Source: Laetmonice hystrix
Taxonomy: Eukaryota
Length of the DNA: 64,000 bases
Direction: 5' to 3'
Assembly: GCA_965235115.1 (NCBI GenBank)
Contig: OZ249436.1
Span: 58,094,001-58,158,000 of the forward strand
Shown: positions 37,046 through 50,682 of the stretch, one piece after another
Layout of the letters: each line of letters starts with the position of its first letter
Position numbering within the stretch: the stretch's first letter is position 1
Translations under genes and position numbers: made by a program
The notes under the pieces: generated by a model
The model's input: only the letters and a program-made list of their open reading frames with translations
What the model was told of the DNA's origin: nothing
Databases searched by the model: none

Positions 37046-40000
37046 GGTGTCGAGAGAAGGCCGGTGTAAACTCTTTTTCAACCTTGACACATCAGGGCTA
37101 ATGTACGACACAAGAAGGATCAGCCACACTAATGATGCATACATCACGTAGATCAGAGCTGACCTGAATTTGTTAGATCATGAAACAAAAGACTGAAGAG
37201 AACGAGAGAGTTTTCCATTTAAAACACCAAACAAGAAGACATTAACCACCAAACATTATCCAAACAGTCTTAACATCAAATAAGAATCCAAAATGTCTAC
37301 GTCTTCTAGAAATGCAAATTTCATTTAATTGTCTGCCCACGAAATTCTGCGTAAGCCCTACGGTGCCCTACTCTATCTCCCAGCCTACAGCTGTTACTGA
37401 CGGTCTAATAGGATGATTTGAAATATTGTCAGTTGATCCTCGACAAATCGAGTAACTCTAGTAACTGTTATCACTTATGGATACATCATAGCCAGTTTTA
37501 GTCAGCGCATTGCCTTACTATCTGGTAAAGACCGCTATAATATCAGCATAATTATGCAAGGGGAGATGCAAAATTACTGCGAAACCATATACTTACAATG
37601 AAAATAATGAACGTTAAATGCTAACACATAGTACTGTATATCATATTTATGTTATCAGTTTATACTGATGGGTGTAGGGCCCAACTGTCCACTAGTACCA
37701 GTCATCTCACTGGTTTAAACCAGTCGCTGACCAGTGTCCGATGTGCAGTCAGCTGGCTGGTATGCTGCACACATCTTACACCGTAATGTACTTTCTGTGT
37801 ACATGTGTCATACTACCCATCCATCATGTTACCCTGTCTAGCCAACCCTCAGCCGGTTTTTTTAGCTGCCTGACACTACCATACTCTATGGATTGCGGGA
37901 CGTTTTACCCGAATTTCTGGTCATCAAAATGAGAAAGATCGAAAATGAAAAATGAAAAAGATCGAAAAGTTAGTACTGCATCCCATAGATAAAATTTGTT
38001 CTAGTTTAGACAAGGTTAAGGTAATGAGAAAAATTGTTGGAAATCAGGTTTTTGTACAAATAGAGAGAGCGAAGGTGAATGTTATTGTATTAAAGCAATA
38101 AAGCCTTAGGCCCTATTGATATGTATACATACAAGTCAATTTGGTGTTAGGATTGATACTTGTTAATCAATACAGACACATTGGTGTGATGTTTAACAAG
38201 TACATGTACTACTAAGGCCATGTATGTAGTACATGGTCATATAATATATAGGTCACCTACCTTCACTCCTTTGTATCATAACGAGTTCGAATAGACCGAC
38301 TTCTAGGAAAATGTTTAATACGTACCTGTAACACACAGAATAATAATACAGGTTTAGAACAAGTTAATCAAAACCGAGCAACATTATTGTTTTAGTCTTG
38401 CAATTTATTATACGAGAAACACGTATGGAAAACACGCCTTGTCCTTCTCTCAAAATAATCAAACGCCATTAAGAATCACTTCACCTAATGAGTGAAGAAT
38501 AGTCCTTGATTGCTTTGCTTACATGCAAAGTTAAAATGAAAAGAAAAGCCAAAATATTTAAATACTCATCAAATAACACCTTTGTCTATAGAAAATTACT
38601 AGGTAGATCACGATTCGTTTCTGCCTGCATATACATCAAATCTGTAATTGTCCTAAAAACGTACAAATTGAGCCTTTTCGTACTACTCTTCCTTCGAGCA
38701 AATCTTTATAATGCGGCTGCTGATATACGCGTTGTATAACATAGGCATGCAGAATATTTAATATCGTCAAACATATAGTTGTACATATATCATTGGTATA
38801 TAATCCACCTGAGCCACGCGGCAATTTAATGGCGCTGTCTGACCAGGCACGGAAAGGGAATCAAAATTAGTGTTGGTTATATGAATATAAGAACATTCGA
38901 CCTTCTTTTCAATAAGCTTAGATATTGAATCGGTCTGCGTTCGAATCTCCCAGTCTGCTCTAATTTATAGCCATACTAATTTACATTGAGTGTCACTGTC
39001 CTAGGTAGGGGATTCTATCTTGCTCGGTCCTGATAAGCTACTTGGAGCAAGTTTAATCATAATCCGAATGAAAATCAGATCATAACCGAAAGGATTTTTG
39101 AACGGTTCCATCCCTGATCCAGATCACCATCGTATCCAATTCAGATAAAACATCCATAAAGACGGGAATTGACAAATTTAATAAATCAGACATTTTTATC
39201 ATATTATTTACTATCAATGGGCCATATTGGCATAAAGGTTTGAAACTTGCTCATTGTAATCAGCCCGGGATAGCTCTGGCTGTGACGTCCTTGATAAAAG
39301 GCCGGCTGTGTCTTCCAACCAGTCCGTCTATAAGCCTGTTATGTTTTTTACGCCCAATCTGCCACAGACTGCCTGGCGGTTTTACCGATACAAGCCAGCT
39401 CATTCTACAGAAGGTCCAGTCTGCAAAACCGCGCCGGCAATGCAGTACGTCTATATTAGATGGATGACGTGGACGTGGCACGGCCGCCATGATACATCCA
39501 TGGGAACGGAAGCACGCATCCTGAGAGTGTAACGCGGCGCCCGGCCCGATGGGCCACCTCAGGCCACTCAGGCTGGGGGCCCCGCGCCATTAGGCCCCAA
39601 CCTGGCCTTTTTCCCAGTACCTGAATCCATCCACTGAAGGCTGCCCTGAAGGCGTGCTACTACTACTGCTGCTGCGGCTGCGACTACTGCTGCTGATCGC
39701 CAAGAGTGATGGCGCAGTAATGGAGGCTGAATCATCCTCTTATTAAGTGATGTCGGGTGTATAAAGGCTAAAACTGAGCTGACCATTGTCCAGTCATCCG
39801 ACTCCCTATCTCAGTCGTAGCGCAGCCACGTCAGGATTTTCCGAAAACCTCTCCTTCATTCAATACCATTTCTTATGGATCAGTGGAGACAGAGGTCCGC
39901 GTGGATTCATCTGCTTCTTTTAAAGATCCAAAAGGAGTTTTCTAACGGAAAATTCCTTCCTACTTGATCAGAAACTGGTGCTTAGGGAGGGATGGTCCTT

Positions 40001-40369
40001 GTCTTTACGTGAGGAATCAATTGACACACATAATAAGGCTTCTTTCCGCATCATTGTGGCAGTTTCCACGGATCCTCTGAGTAAAGGGCAGGATTTCTGT
40101 TCATATTCAGCTTCTTCCTGCCATTGATAAACGTGTTTTAGACGTTATATAACTGTAGTTTTACATGCTATTAGATTCCTGGAAATTGCCCCCATTCATC
40201 TTCTGACACGTACATTCAATATTCTAAGGACTGAAAATTGGTCTGCTCGACTGGGGTGGCTGTCAGCCGACGCCAGTCGGTGGTCATAACGACAAATAAT
40301 GAGCCTCACTGCGCCTTCAGGACACTGGCTTTGGTTGATTACGGTACTATTTGCAGAATCCAATTTTTC

Positions 40370-40460
40370 TTTAAGCTCTCAGCGGTCAGCTGTAATGGAT
40401 GGATATCCAGAAGAAACCGGCACCATAAAACTGGGGTCAATTCGACCGTTCCAGAATGTC
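40370..40460 (+). mobile_element. Gypsy pol relic (region between RNase H and the integrase zinc finger)
   Basis: LSSQRSAVMDGYPEETGTIKLGSIRPF resembles LxxxIxxGWPExxxxxPxxIRPYW. Confidence 0.35.
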
Positions 40461-41072
40461 GGTCTCCCGCCCCCATTTCAGACAAACCTACGTATTTCGT
40501 TCTTAAACCATGCTTTTACTTGCAAATACATACGCCCTTAATCCACTTGTGCCATAGACGGTGTCCTAATCGCAATATGACAGGGCCTACTGAATATTGA
40601 TGAGAGGCAATCTGCATGCAGGTCACATTAAACTCTTCCAGCGTGAATGTGCATGGCCCTCCAGTCTTCTAGCAAATTAATGTGCCGCGAGGGACAGCTA
40701 GGAGACGCATACCTCTTCAATATTCACACTTACTACAGATAATTCATAATGACATGTAGGTATCCGACCACACCAACACAATCTAGTACGATCTGAAAGC
40801 TGGACCGAGACATCACGACGGGAACGGCAAGGAGGGAATCACAAAGATATTCATTTTGTTCGGCTGTATCCAACGTTTACCATTTAATCCCGTTATTCCA
40901 CCCAATGTAGTCAAGGCTCCTGGCAGACTTTGCTTGCCATGAATGTGAATTGGAGTACATAAAGATCTCAAGAGGTTCTAGAATGAGGTCTTTGGAGGGA
41001 CGTAATGCTCAGTTCTTCCCGGTTAATGACGAAAGCGTTGCCTGTCCCGGTGTAACCATGGCAAGGACAATG

Positions 41073-41270
41073 TCATAATATCGCGTCAGAAAATAATAAC
41101 ATCCATTTTGTCCTGTATTTAAAAAAAAACTTGCTTTGATTCATATAACAATCCAGCAAATTCAGTAAACCATTGAACATCTGCAAAAATGAAAAAGTCC
41201 CTAGCAAATCAAAGGCTTTAAATGGGACGTTTAGAACTGCCAAACGACAAACTGTTCGCTTGTTGAGCAC
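41073..41270 (-). mobile_element. L1/Tx1 RT relic
   Basis: LNVPFKAFDLLGTFSFLQMFNG resembles LDFEKAFDSxxWxFL...FNFG. Confidence 0.4.
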
Positions 41271-42399
41271 ATGTCCTCGATGTGTGCTGTCATGTTAAAG
41301 AAGCTCGCTCGAACTCGCGGAAAGCATGATGCTGGCTCCAAGTTAAATCTAAAAGTGTTCAAATACGTTCATTATTCTCTTTTGGTTCCGACGCCGTCCG
41401 TGTAATCGGTATGCATACATTGATGAGATCAACCGATGATTCATGTACCTTGTCTTTACCATCGTGCGTCTTCTTCATTCTCTTCCATCATGTAGAGTCT
41501 GTGATGCATCACGTCTGAATAATGTGTAAAGTCTTGGCGAGAGAAAAACAGCGGATCCCTTCTTGCTAAACATCTGTAGATATCCACTTTGGCGCACTAC
41601 TGAGGGAGCCTGACACTCTATTTCTGTAGAGATATTCGTATGAGAAAGCTTTGGCAGTAGGGTCTTGTGTTTGGCAGTAAAACTGCCTTAACACCGGTCT
41701 CAGCAGCACAACATTATTATTAATCCAAAGCTTAATGAACCTTGCTGCTGTTCGGCCAAGCCTCTCCCTACCACATTATTAATGTAACAGTCACCTTTAG
41801 GTTGTAACGTAGAAGAAAAGGATGATGACAATTTCTATCTGAGCAAGGCTCTTGAGATGGCCTGTTGACAAACACTGGCAAGTGCAAATCTATGCTATAT
41901 TGCACGCTGCCACACTTCTTATCTAATCACTTCTGTTCATATTCTTCATATACTAATAATTACAAGACCATCAAATGCGTGGGAACAAGTCATATAGCAC
42001 GCAATTAAGTGACTTCTTTCAACTTAAGGAGTATTTCATATCCGACTTTCTGGTTTGCAATTACAATCAGATCCGCTGGCGACAGAGTGGTGTTCTCCAG
42101 ACATTTCACAGCTCTCCGCTGAGTATCTTACTGCGGTAATATTGAACCAACGACCGATAATCGGGGGAAACAGCGAATGGTCCCTAGACGGCAGCCAGTG
42201 CGTTGTTCCGTGACTCGATACGCCGTTGCCCTTCTCGGTATCAGTCATGATAACTGTAATCATATGTACATCGGAAGACAAAGGGAGACAAATCTCAAAC
42301 GCCGGATGAAGTAAGGACCGAGAATAAAGGAAATTCCTTCACATCCATGTGTTTACTTCGCAGCAATACTGTTCAGAAATGCAGACAATGAACTTGATG

Positions 42400-42540
42400 T
42401 TGTAATCAATACATAACTCAAGCGACGTACGGACACAACAGTAAAGCATCATATTGCTTGGTATTGACAAGTAATGTTTTTTTTCTCTCCCATGTATTTC
42501 TCCAATGTATTTGGCAACCCATACTTTGACAAGATAGCGG
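42400..42540 (-). mobile_element. Gypsy integrase core relic
   Basis: KYGLPNT (42506-42526) followed in another frame by HYLSIPSN...VRT resembles RYGLPxxIxSDNG...HxxSSPxxPxSNG..ExxVRT. Confidence 0.35.
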
Positions 42541-44199
42541 GTATCAGTGCCCATATCATCACACAGTACTCATCTCGATCGATTTCTCCTCTCCACAATA
42601 TGTCCAATATGGTTACATTCTGCTCTCAGGTACGTCGGCTAGATGGACTGACAGGAAGTCATGCTTGAGATGTTCGATTGATCCTTTCTAATCACGGCAC
42701 GGAGAGCCAGCAATCTTGTTTAAGTCAATGTACACTTAATACATTTCATCATTAACACATGCCAGTCATATGATACATTAAAGCTTCCCCCGGCCGGCCA
42801 ACATTCCGACTGGCATTAAAGGAAAATTTGGTGTTGAAAAACTAACTATCTGGCAAAGTACATGGCGACTGACGACGACACTGCCAAGGTTTACACAACC
42901 ACACCGGCACTAAACCTCGCACAGTAATCTTTTACGTCAGTCCAGTGGTGAGGATAAGTCAAACCCTTCTTCACCGAGAGCATAGTATCACATATCACAT
43001 CCCGTCCGCCAGGGCTTATAAATGTGTGCCTTGCTTAGTCCCACACGTACTATAAACTTATTTACAAACATTCGTTTCTGTCCGTTTTTTGATTCGAACC
43101 TCATCTACTGGACGGGAAAGTTCATATTGCTGGAAAACGACATTTCGCGTGTCACAATGCACGTTTGACATTCTGACAGCCGTGCCATCGCTGGCAGTGA
43201 CGGCTTGGTGTCGTTTACACCTGACCCCAAACAATCGGCGCGTGAAGGGGTACCATAGAAGATAAAGGTGTAATACAAAATTTACATCTCTATGTGCATG
43301 GTCTGTGTACGTTTGAAAGTTAATACAGGTACCATTTTCCTGAGTAGCGAGAAGGGTGTTATAGGACCCCTGGATTTCCTTCTTGCCTTGGACGAATTGT
43401 AATGATTAGTTCAACTCCAAAGTCTTGCCACATTGTGTATTTGGAATGGGTGGCACCGTTTAAAATTAGCAACATTTTCTCCGTAATGGGTCATTGTTAC
43501 TTCTCAAATTTCATCTTCAAAGACATAAAAACTTTCACAAACCCGCATCTCCCTACAGGTATTGAGTTAGCAATGGTTTCACAACCCGGTAGAACCTACT
43601 ATCAAAACGTACTACAATACTTTCTACTAAAAAGAAAAGTGACCCCAACTGCCTTCCTTTACATCAACAAAGTTTCCTGGGAACTTTCTTATACAAACAT
43701 GTTCTTTTTCGGGTATACATATATAATCCCCCACCTCTTCAAACTGATCGAGCTTGGCGAGTTTTACGACTGAAAGCAGAGTCACTTTTACTTCATCAGA
43801 AACTGGTTACGGTAACTTAGGTTTGAATTAACATGAATGATTGTGTCGCGGCTGTATGGGTTCCGATTATCAGTACCGTACCCCATAAACCCCAATGACA
43901 GTGAGATCAGGTCAAGTAAGCGTGCCTTTTACTAGGGGCAGTTCCATGGTGTGCTACTTGCATGTATGTCAGAGGTGTCATATACTGACTGACTTTCCCT
44001 GAAACCACCGAGCCAAGTCTGATTCACTGTCCATTCGCCGACGGCCGCGTCTAAAGTTTGACACTGGCCGGCGGTACTCAGCGCTGCCACATCGTATAGT
44101 TTTAGGATTTTACATCGCCGGGCGAGCTTGGTGACGCCAGTTGGCGTCAACACCGATTGTGCGCGCTGGGCGGTCGGCGCAGATCGGTTTTCTCAGTTA

Positions 44200-44554
44200 T
44201 ACCCCCATCACACTGGATGAAGACCTTCCGGCGACCACGGCGACCAAGCAGATCGCCGTTGGTTTCTGTCAACATCGGAAAACCCCTTCAAGTGTGACTG
44301 CAATGCCACTCCCACCCCGCTGCCACGACGTGGAAAAAATGCAATTCTCGGACGATTTGGGCCGTCCCTACCACGTCGTATGGCGTTGCTACCACGTCCT
44401 ATACCATCACACTGCGCTCACTGCGCTCACTGCGCTCACACTATCTCGCTCCTACGACGCTCAGAAGGACCTCAGGGCACTCTATCCGCGCTCTACGGCG
44501 ATCTGGCCCATTTTCTAGAGCGCAGCTAGATCGCCTTCTAGTGTGATGGGGGTA
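44200..44554. mobile_element. Non-autonomous PIF/Harbinger element
   Basis: Perfect 15-bp TIR tacccccatcacact / agtgtgatgggggta (17/18 when extended); perfect TTA duplication at 44197-44199 and 44555-44557; GC-rich interior with cactgcgct x3. Confidence 0.92.
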
Positions 44555-45239
44555 TTACCGAAAACTGATGAGCCACGCTGCAGCATTTTATGTGAACACA
44601 TCTGTACCCTTCAGATTCCAAGGTCCGGGGTTTAGCGAGTATATCGACAGGACTAATTACCCAAACTGGCAAAATGTTTTGTGATCTGCTGAATTAATCT
44701 TTACAGGAGCAAGGAATTACTGAACACGATTTCACGCGCTCTTCCAGTGTCGACATCTAATTACAAAAGTTAATACAGTATTTCTAGACATTTTCTCTGA
44801 TGCACCCTGAAATTAAACGAGACCATCATGTGCAGCAGCCAATTTCATTAATGGAAAGGCGGCTCCGAATTCACACTGCCTTGGCGTTATATTGCCTCTG
44901 GATGCGAAATCTTCATCTTAATCACCTTAGATTTCCTGTCTGTAACAGGAGATCCGACAAATAGTTCCACGGTGGCGCTCTAGAAGCAAACATTACGTGC
45001 TCGCATTCCTGCTGTATTTCCCGACAGCTCTAGTAATTTTGTGGAGAAGTTAACATATGTGAAACCCTATCTTTATGCCACCTGAGATTACCTGTCGTAC
45101 GAGAATGACAACTCAAGTCGGATGAAACTTTTAAGTGACCTCAACCAATCACTAGCCAATCTGAAGCCTTCTTAATGCTCCCCTATTTAATGATTAAATC
45201 TCAAAGCGGTTTGGAAACAAAACCTTTTAAGGTGGGTTG

Positions 45240-45310
45240 CATGCGGAGAGTTCGGAGAGTTGTCCGCCGCTGGTCCGAATACCTGTTTCAGCACTTTTTG
45301 GTTGTCTTCA
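45240..45310 (+). mobile_element. Possible RTE-type LINE relic
   Basis: VVRRWSEYLFQHFL resembles xxxRWxEYFxxLLN. Confidence 0.25.
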
Positions 45311-46199
45311 GGGCAACCACTTCCCACGACCTATTGGATCCGTCCAGGTCAACGTTTCCCTGGTGAAGCTCTACAGGTGGGCTATCCATTTCTCGCTGGC
45401 GTACTCCCCCCATTGCCCCTGACAGCAGCACACGTCACGAGGTGTAGGCCCCTACAGAAGCTAGCACGCAAGGACAGCTGATGTCGGTCCCAAGTTGGGC
45501 GTACAACATGAGCCGCGTACGGTCACCTGTACTCCAAAACAACGTCTCTTTTCTGTACCAGCTTTCTGTAACATGACCATGGGTCATGGCTCAATATAAA
45601 TGTGGAGAATCTCATGATTCTTGTGGGGAAAACACCACATTAATCATTTATCCCAGACTTTACATAATGTCAAAAAAGCCGAAAACCAACGCCTGCAGCA
45701 GAGACCCTCACAATAAATGTCATCGATGCCAAGTCAGGCACTATAATATACTGATCAGCTGTTTTAAAACTCATTCTTAGAGATTAAAATAAGATTCTAC
45801 CATGTAATATTCATAGGCTATTTGCTTGGAAAACCAGCGCTATTACATCCAAATTTTTGTTATACAACAAGTCAATTAAGACTTTTATTCATCCAGTGAG
45901 ACATTAATAATTCATGCAGTAAAATAAAGGTAAATTAAATTCCTGAAACTAATAGCATTTACAGACAGGCCAGACTACCCTGGAATTAGAAGATTAGTCT
46001 TGATTTCAACTGGGACAACGTTAGTAGTTTTATATGCCCAGTATGGACTACACGTCTGCGCCAAACCATCAGTTTTATTGCTATAACCATGGCCTTCACA
46101 TGCAAACTGGCAATGATACGTGCTAGAATTCCCTTCCAAGTGTTGCCAGAATAACAAAATTACCCAATCTGAAATCATCCATCACAGAGAGCTCAAACC

Positions 46200-46350
46200 T
46201 CGTCGAGTGCCTGTAATTATTCCAGCTCCATTGGTGTTGTTCTTCGTTAGAAATCCGCAATTCTTGATGGATTACAGGGTTTGGTTTTCAGCTGCTCGTG
46301 CCGGCTAGTGACCTCGCTTCGTGACCCGAGTACCACGACCTTACCCGGGC
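46200..46350 (+). mobile_element. Gypsy RT relic
   Basis: RRVPVIIPAPLVLF followed in a shifted frame by ILDGLQGL (46260-46283) and EYHD resembles RLPFGISSAPExFQ...ILDGLxGV...EEHD. Confidence 0.4.
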
Positions 46351-48329
46351 CATCACTGACACATTATGACAACTCGCTTTTGGGGGGTCCTCATCCAAAC
46401 ATACACACCGGTGTTAGATCCCCCCTCCCGCTTATTCTTTCCTTGGAGATGCATGGCAATGTTGGTTTAACATAATGAAAAATATTGATCTCTCATTTGG
46501 CAGGCAACGCAATTATTATCATGCGGTATGCTGTGCACATGTGAATGGTGCTTCATATGCAGGACACCAATTGATTGCTGGATACGATCCCTCCGATGGA
46601 TACGTATCCAAAAATAACAGGTCCCGCAAAATGTGTAATTTATCACCGAGGGAAGGCTCGAACAGTCTTACATGGTGTAGGTATAAGGAAGCCACCCGTC
46701 TCAATTTGAAACATTCCTGGGATCGCGTCCTGTTGTTTAGTACGCCGTGCCTGACATTGTTTCTCCGTCGAGGTCCTCCATCAACGGGCCCCAGCATACG
46801 AGACAACTGTCAGCCGGCGTCAACACATCAACCACCTAATGTGCAAAATTAATTACATAAATCTCTCGCAATTCTGCCCATTAATAAGTGTGTTCTCGAG
46901 ACCGTACTGTCTGCGGCACTCACTGCTCAAGGCCATCCCAGGAGCAGCTGTGTCTTTTCTATTACACAGTCCACTAGGTCTATTACCATCGTGGTAATAT
47001 ATGCACAAATAATAAAGCACTGCCTCACTTCCTCTACTGATAAACTGGACATGTGATATTGCCACGGAGGGAGGAGGAGAGGGAGGAAGGAGCAGAGCGA
47101 AGCAGACCAGCCGAAGTCTGACAAATTGCCACAGCTGAGGTATTGATCACGGCCAGTGTAATTCATTTATAGTTGGGTTGGGTTGGATCGATAGAGGCAA
47201 GGCCTGGCGTACTAGCGTTCCGAACGGTTACCGCATGCTGCTGCAACCGGCCTAATATAACACCAAGATGGTGGCGTTGATGGAACAATAGCCACAAACG
47301 AGCGCTCTTTGCCACTCCAAACAACATTTTCAAACAACATGGTTTGCTAAGCAAGGTAACCGCTGGCAAAATCGCCATATATCCTTTGTTTACTTTTAGG
47401 CAGTCTGTAATCTTGCACGCAAACTCGTTATTTGCGACAATATCCAGTCATCCACACAAGGGACTGTGGTAGTTACTGCAGTCCCTCGTTAAAATCATCG
47501 GATATCTATGGCATGATTCATGATGAATGTAAAATTAAAACAACAGGCTTGTATTTGTGTATTAACTGCACTACTGGAACCAGAACAAATGGCATATTAC
47601 ACAGAATCCCGCGAACGGCGTATTTCTACTGGCAAACAGTTCCCTCGTTACAATTGTAGCCTCACATATACTCTGACCTAGAAATACACCGAGCTTTCAT
47701 TACGGCCTGAACAACAATGCTGACATTGTACCAAGCCATGCCATACAATAACGCTGGAGATTATATCGCTGTCAGCAAAAAATGGAAACAAGTATAGAAA
47801 AACATTCATGCAAGCATCCAATCAATGACAACGGATAACCGTTGTGCCTTGCTGTTTCAAGAAAATGCACTTTAGGCCTCAAAACATAAGCTCTGCTGTG
47901 CTACAACAATAGAAATATCATCCGTGTGATGCCAAGCAAGGCCGACACAGTGTGTTCGGTACCGAGACAAAATGTGTGCGTCAGATTGTCACCAGGTTTC
48001 CTGAACCATACCACAATATCCACACACAAGATACCTTTAGCAACCCGCATCATCATTAAAAGGTATTTTTTATATACCACAGATCAAAGCGAAATTAAGG
48101 CTTATCGAAAATCTGCTATCCCGCCTATCCGGCCCAATTTTTCGGCTAGAATCATATTATCTTATATTATATGCACCGATGAAAAACATTTTTTTTTACA
48201 ACATGCCACTTCTTACCAACACATGCACAACAGATGCACAGAAGATGGACCAATGACTGACTCTTTGGTCTATAGCCGCAAAACATTCCATCATAAATGA
48301 ATACGTTCGTAACTAGACCAGCTTTTAAA

Positions 48330-48420
48330 TATAGAATCTGGCCCGAGGTCAAATTGTGCTTTTGAATCCCCCAAAACCATTATCTGAATATTGCGTGTTG
48401 TCTGCAAACGCATCCCAGTT
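48330..48420 (-). mobile_element. LINE endonuclease relic
   Basis: NIQIMVLGDSKA in ORF 48291..48563 resembles xIxxGDFNA. Confidence 0.3.
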
Positions 48421-50611
48421 AAACTACTTTCGCTTGTTTTAAATGAGATTTGGGCATGACCTAATTCGTGAAATCGCTGTGCAGCAGGGTGTCCATTTAG
48501 TGCATCCCATCGCTGGTACACACTTAATGGTTTCATGCTTGCACTCAACAAGCTGAGCACCATCCCTCTCTCAACCCACAGCCAGCTAACTCTGTTATGG
48601 TCAAACAGTACTGGAAGCTGAATACATTCAGGTCAAATAGCCTCAAGTCAGGCCATATTCCAACATTTCTGAATGTATTAGATCAGCATTTTCATGAAAG
48701 GTAATGAAGTGAGGCCCCGGCCGGTCTCGTCACGTTGGGGGCGGCCTGTCTGTCCAGTCGTGGTTGACTCACAAGGCGACCCTTGTTTCCCTCAACCTTG
48801 CTTCCATTGATAGGCTGAGACTTGGGGAGGCCTCCTTGACAGAGAATTAATTATACCCAGGTGAGCAAGGGGACTGTTTCAGTCTCTGTCTACCTGACCG
48901 CGCCTCAGAGCTACGCCAAGACGAATTGCCCCGGGGCCTTCCACCACCGCCAGCAATGATAAAGGTCAATGTGTCAGCAGCATGCCACCACGTGGTCGGA
49001 AACACAAAGGCCCTATCCCAACTCCGACCCTCCCCCCTTCTCCTATCCATTTGAGTGAGCTTCGACCCCTCCTTGACATCATAAAACAAACCCCATATCC
49101 TTGCTACAATATCAGTAAGTAAGCCTTTCTGTTGTCCCAGGATATTCAGCAAAATTTACAATAGTTTTTAGTTGAAGAGTCTATGTCAAATAACGGCACT
49201 ATCATAATGGGTATTCTTATTAGTCAAGATGCTAGTCTCATGAAGACTTTGCTGCAGCAGCCGCATCTCCGGATGTTTTAAAATAACCTCCACATTCAAT
49301 CCTCAAATTGCGTGAATGTCACATACGCAGGAGCAAGTGACACGCTTTTTGCTCATTATTTCCCTTTCTCGCCTAGAAAACAAAATGTTGTGTAAACCGG
49401 CCATTATAAATCTCATTATTATAACACAAGTAGCACATTCTGCATGCAAATAAAACTCTCAATCTTTGACAGAAAATGTTGGCATTTTAATGAGATTAAT
49501 CACTCAGAGTTCCATGTCTCCCTATAAATGTCAGCCAGATTAATCATAACATGTCTCAGTTAATTAAAACACAATAATGACTTCTGCTCCGTAATTCCCA
49601 GATGTTTTTTAGTGACTATTAGCAATTTTCATATCCCTGAATCCTGCTAGGCACTACCTTTTCAGCTGATTTTATCAGTCAGTCGTAACAGAGCCTTTGA
49701 GAATCTCGTATTCATCGACAACCCCTGCAGGCCAATCCCAGCTAATTAAATGACCATCGAACACTGTTCTCAGCACAAGTACCGGTTTCTTCAAGTTTGT
49801 TTAACAGTTTAAAGCTACTACAATCTTTTGGGACCGCGTACCAGTACTTTTCCATGAATATCGACCAGTTCTAGACCACCTGGTAAGCGATTATTCAGGC
49901 CGACTGAACATAATTTGTACCTCAGCTAATCGTAGCGCTACATGTAATGTAGAGATCATTTGAGTTCCATGCCTCATCCATAAACACCTTTATGAAATGT
50001 CGGAGCTTATTTACATCTTTGTCGGTTAGGCTTACTTGCTTCGCACCACTAGTTTTTCTGTGTATTCTGGTTCTCCACCACCATAGAAACTAACTACAAT
50101 GATATGGACCAATTTTATACTTCATAGAATGTCTTAGCCAGTATTATACAAAGGAGTATCGAAGTAGACACTAGGACAGAAATAAAACTAACTTATCATT
50201 CATCATGTAGCTTCCTGTGTCTATTCTCCACCGAAATATCCACCAAATACATGTATCCAGTTACGTGATGTTAGATCCTACAGAAAACTATTTCATTCAA
50301 ATTCTCTCTCTGGAAGGATGATTTTCTTATAATGAGTCATTGTGGACTCGAAGTAGCTCGAGATACTGTTTCATCTACTCCAAATCGCGTCCTTCAAGGT
50401 AAGAGCATATAGCCGAGTACCTGTAGTACCGTCCGATTACTCCGTGTAATGGGCACAACCATTAAGTGGACAGAACCGTGGTCAAGTACATCTGCCGTCC
50501 ATATCATCCTCTGACACCATGTCTCCATCTTACACACCTTCTCTATACATACGGCAGCTACTGGGCCTTCTCTCAACTTACCGTATTTCCCGCGCTTCGT
50601 GCCGGTGTACT

Positions 50612-50682
50612 ATGAAATATTGTTGCCTATGAAATATTGCAGCATTGCGTCACTGCAATATTTCATGACTGCAATATTTCAT
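50612..50682. repeat. Double-arm foldback repeat
   Basis: atgaaatattg (50612), atgaaatattgcag (50629-50642), a 10-nt loop, then ctgcaatatttcat twice (50653-50666, 50669-50682). Confidence 0.85.

Noticed and set aside
37709-37724. 16-bp perfect palindrome actggtttaaaccagt (also 14-bp ggcctggccaggcc at 30204-30217)
   Set aside because: Isolated short palindromes with no associated structure; one or two are plausible by chance in 64 kb.
38930-38960. gttcgaatc B-box-like motif
   Set aside because: No A box, tRNA stems or SINE body nearby.
42850-43080. Possible LTR/PBS junction (aca-tggcgac) and TATA-like tataaa
   Set aside because: No second LTR copy or adjacent gag ORF was found.
50394-50576. 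Peptide resembling Merlin/ISXO2 transposase (W...VVPITRSNRTVLQVL...LLP)
   Set aside because: No SDxWxAY or VNHS motif follows; the similarity could be chance.
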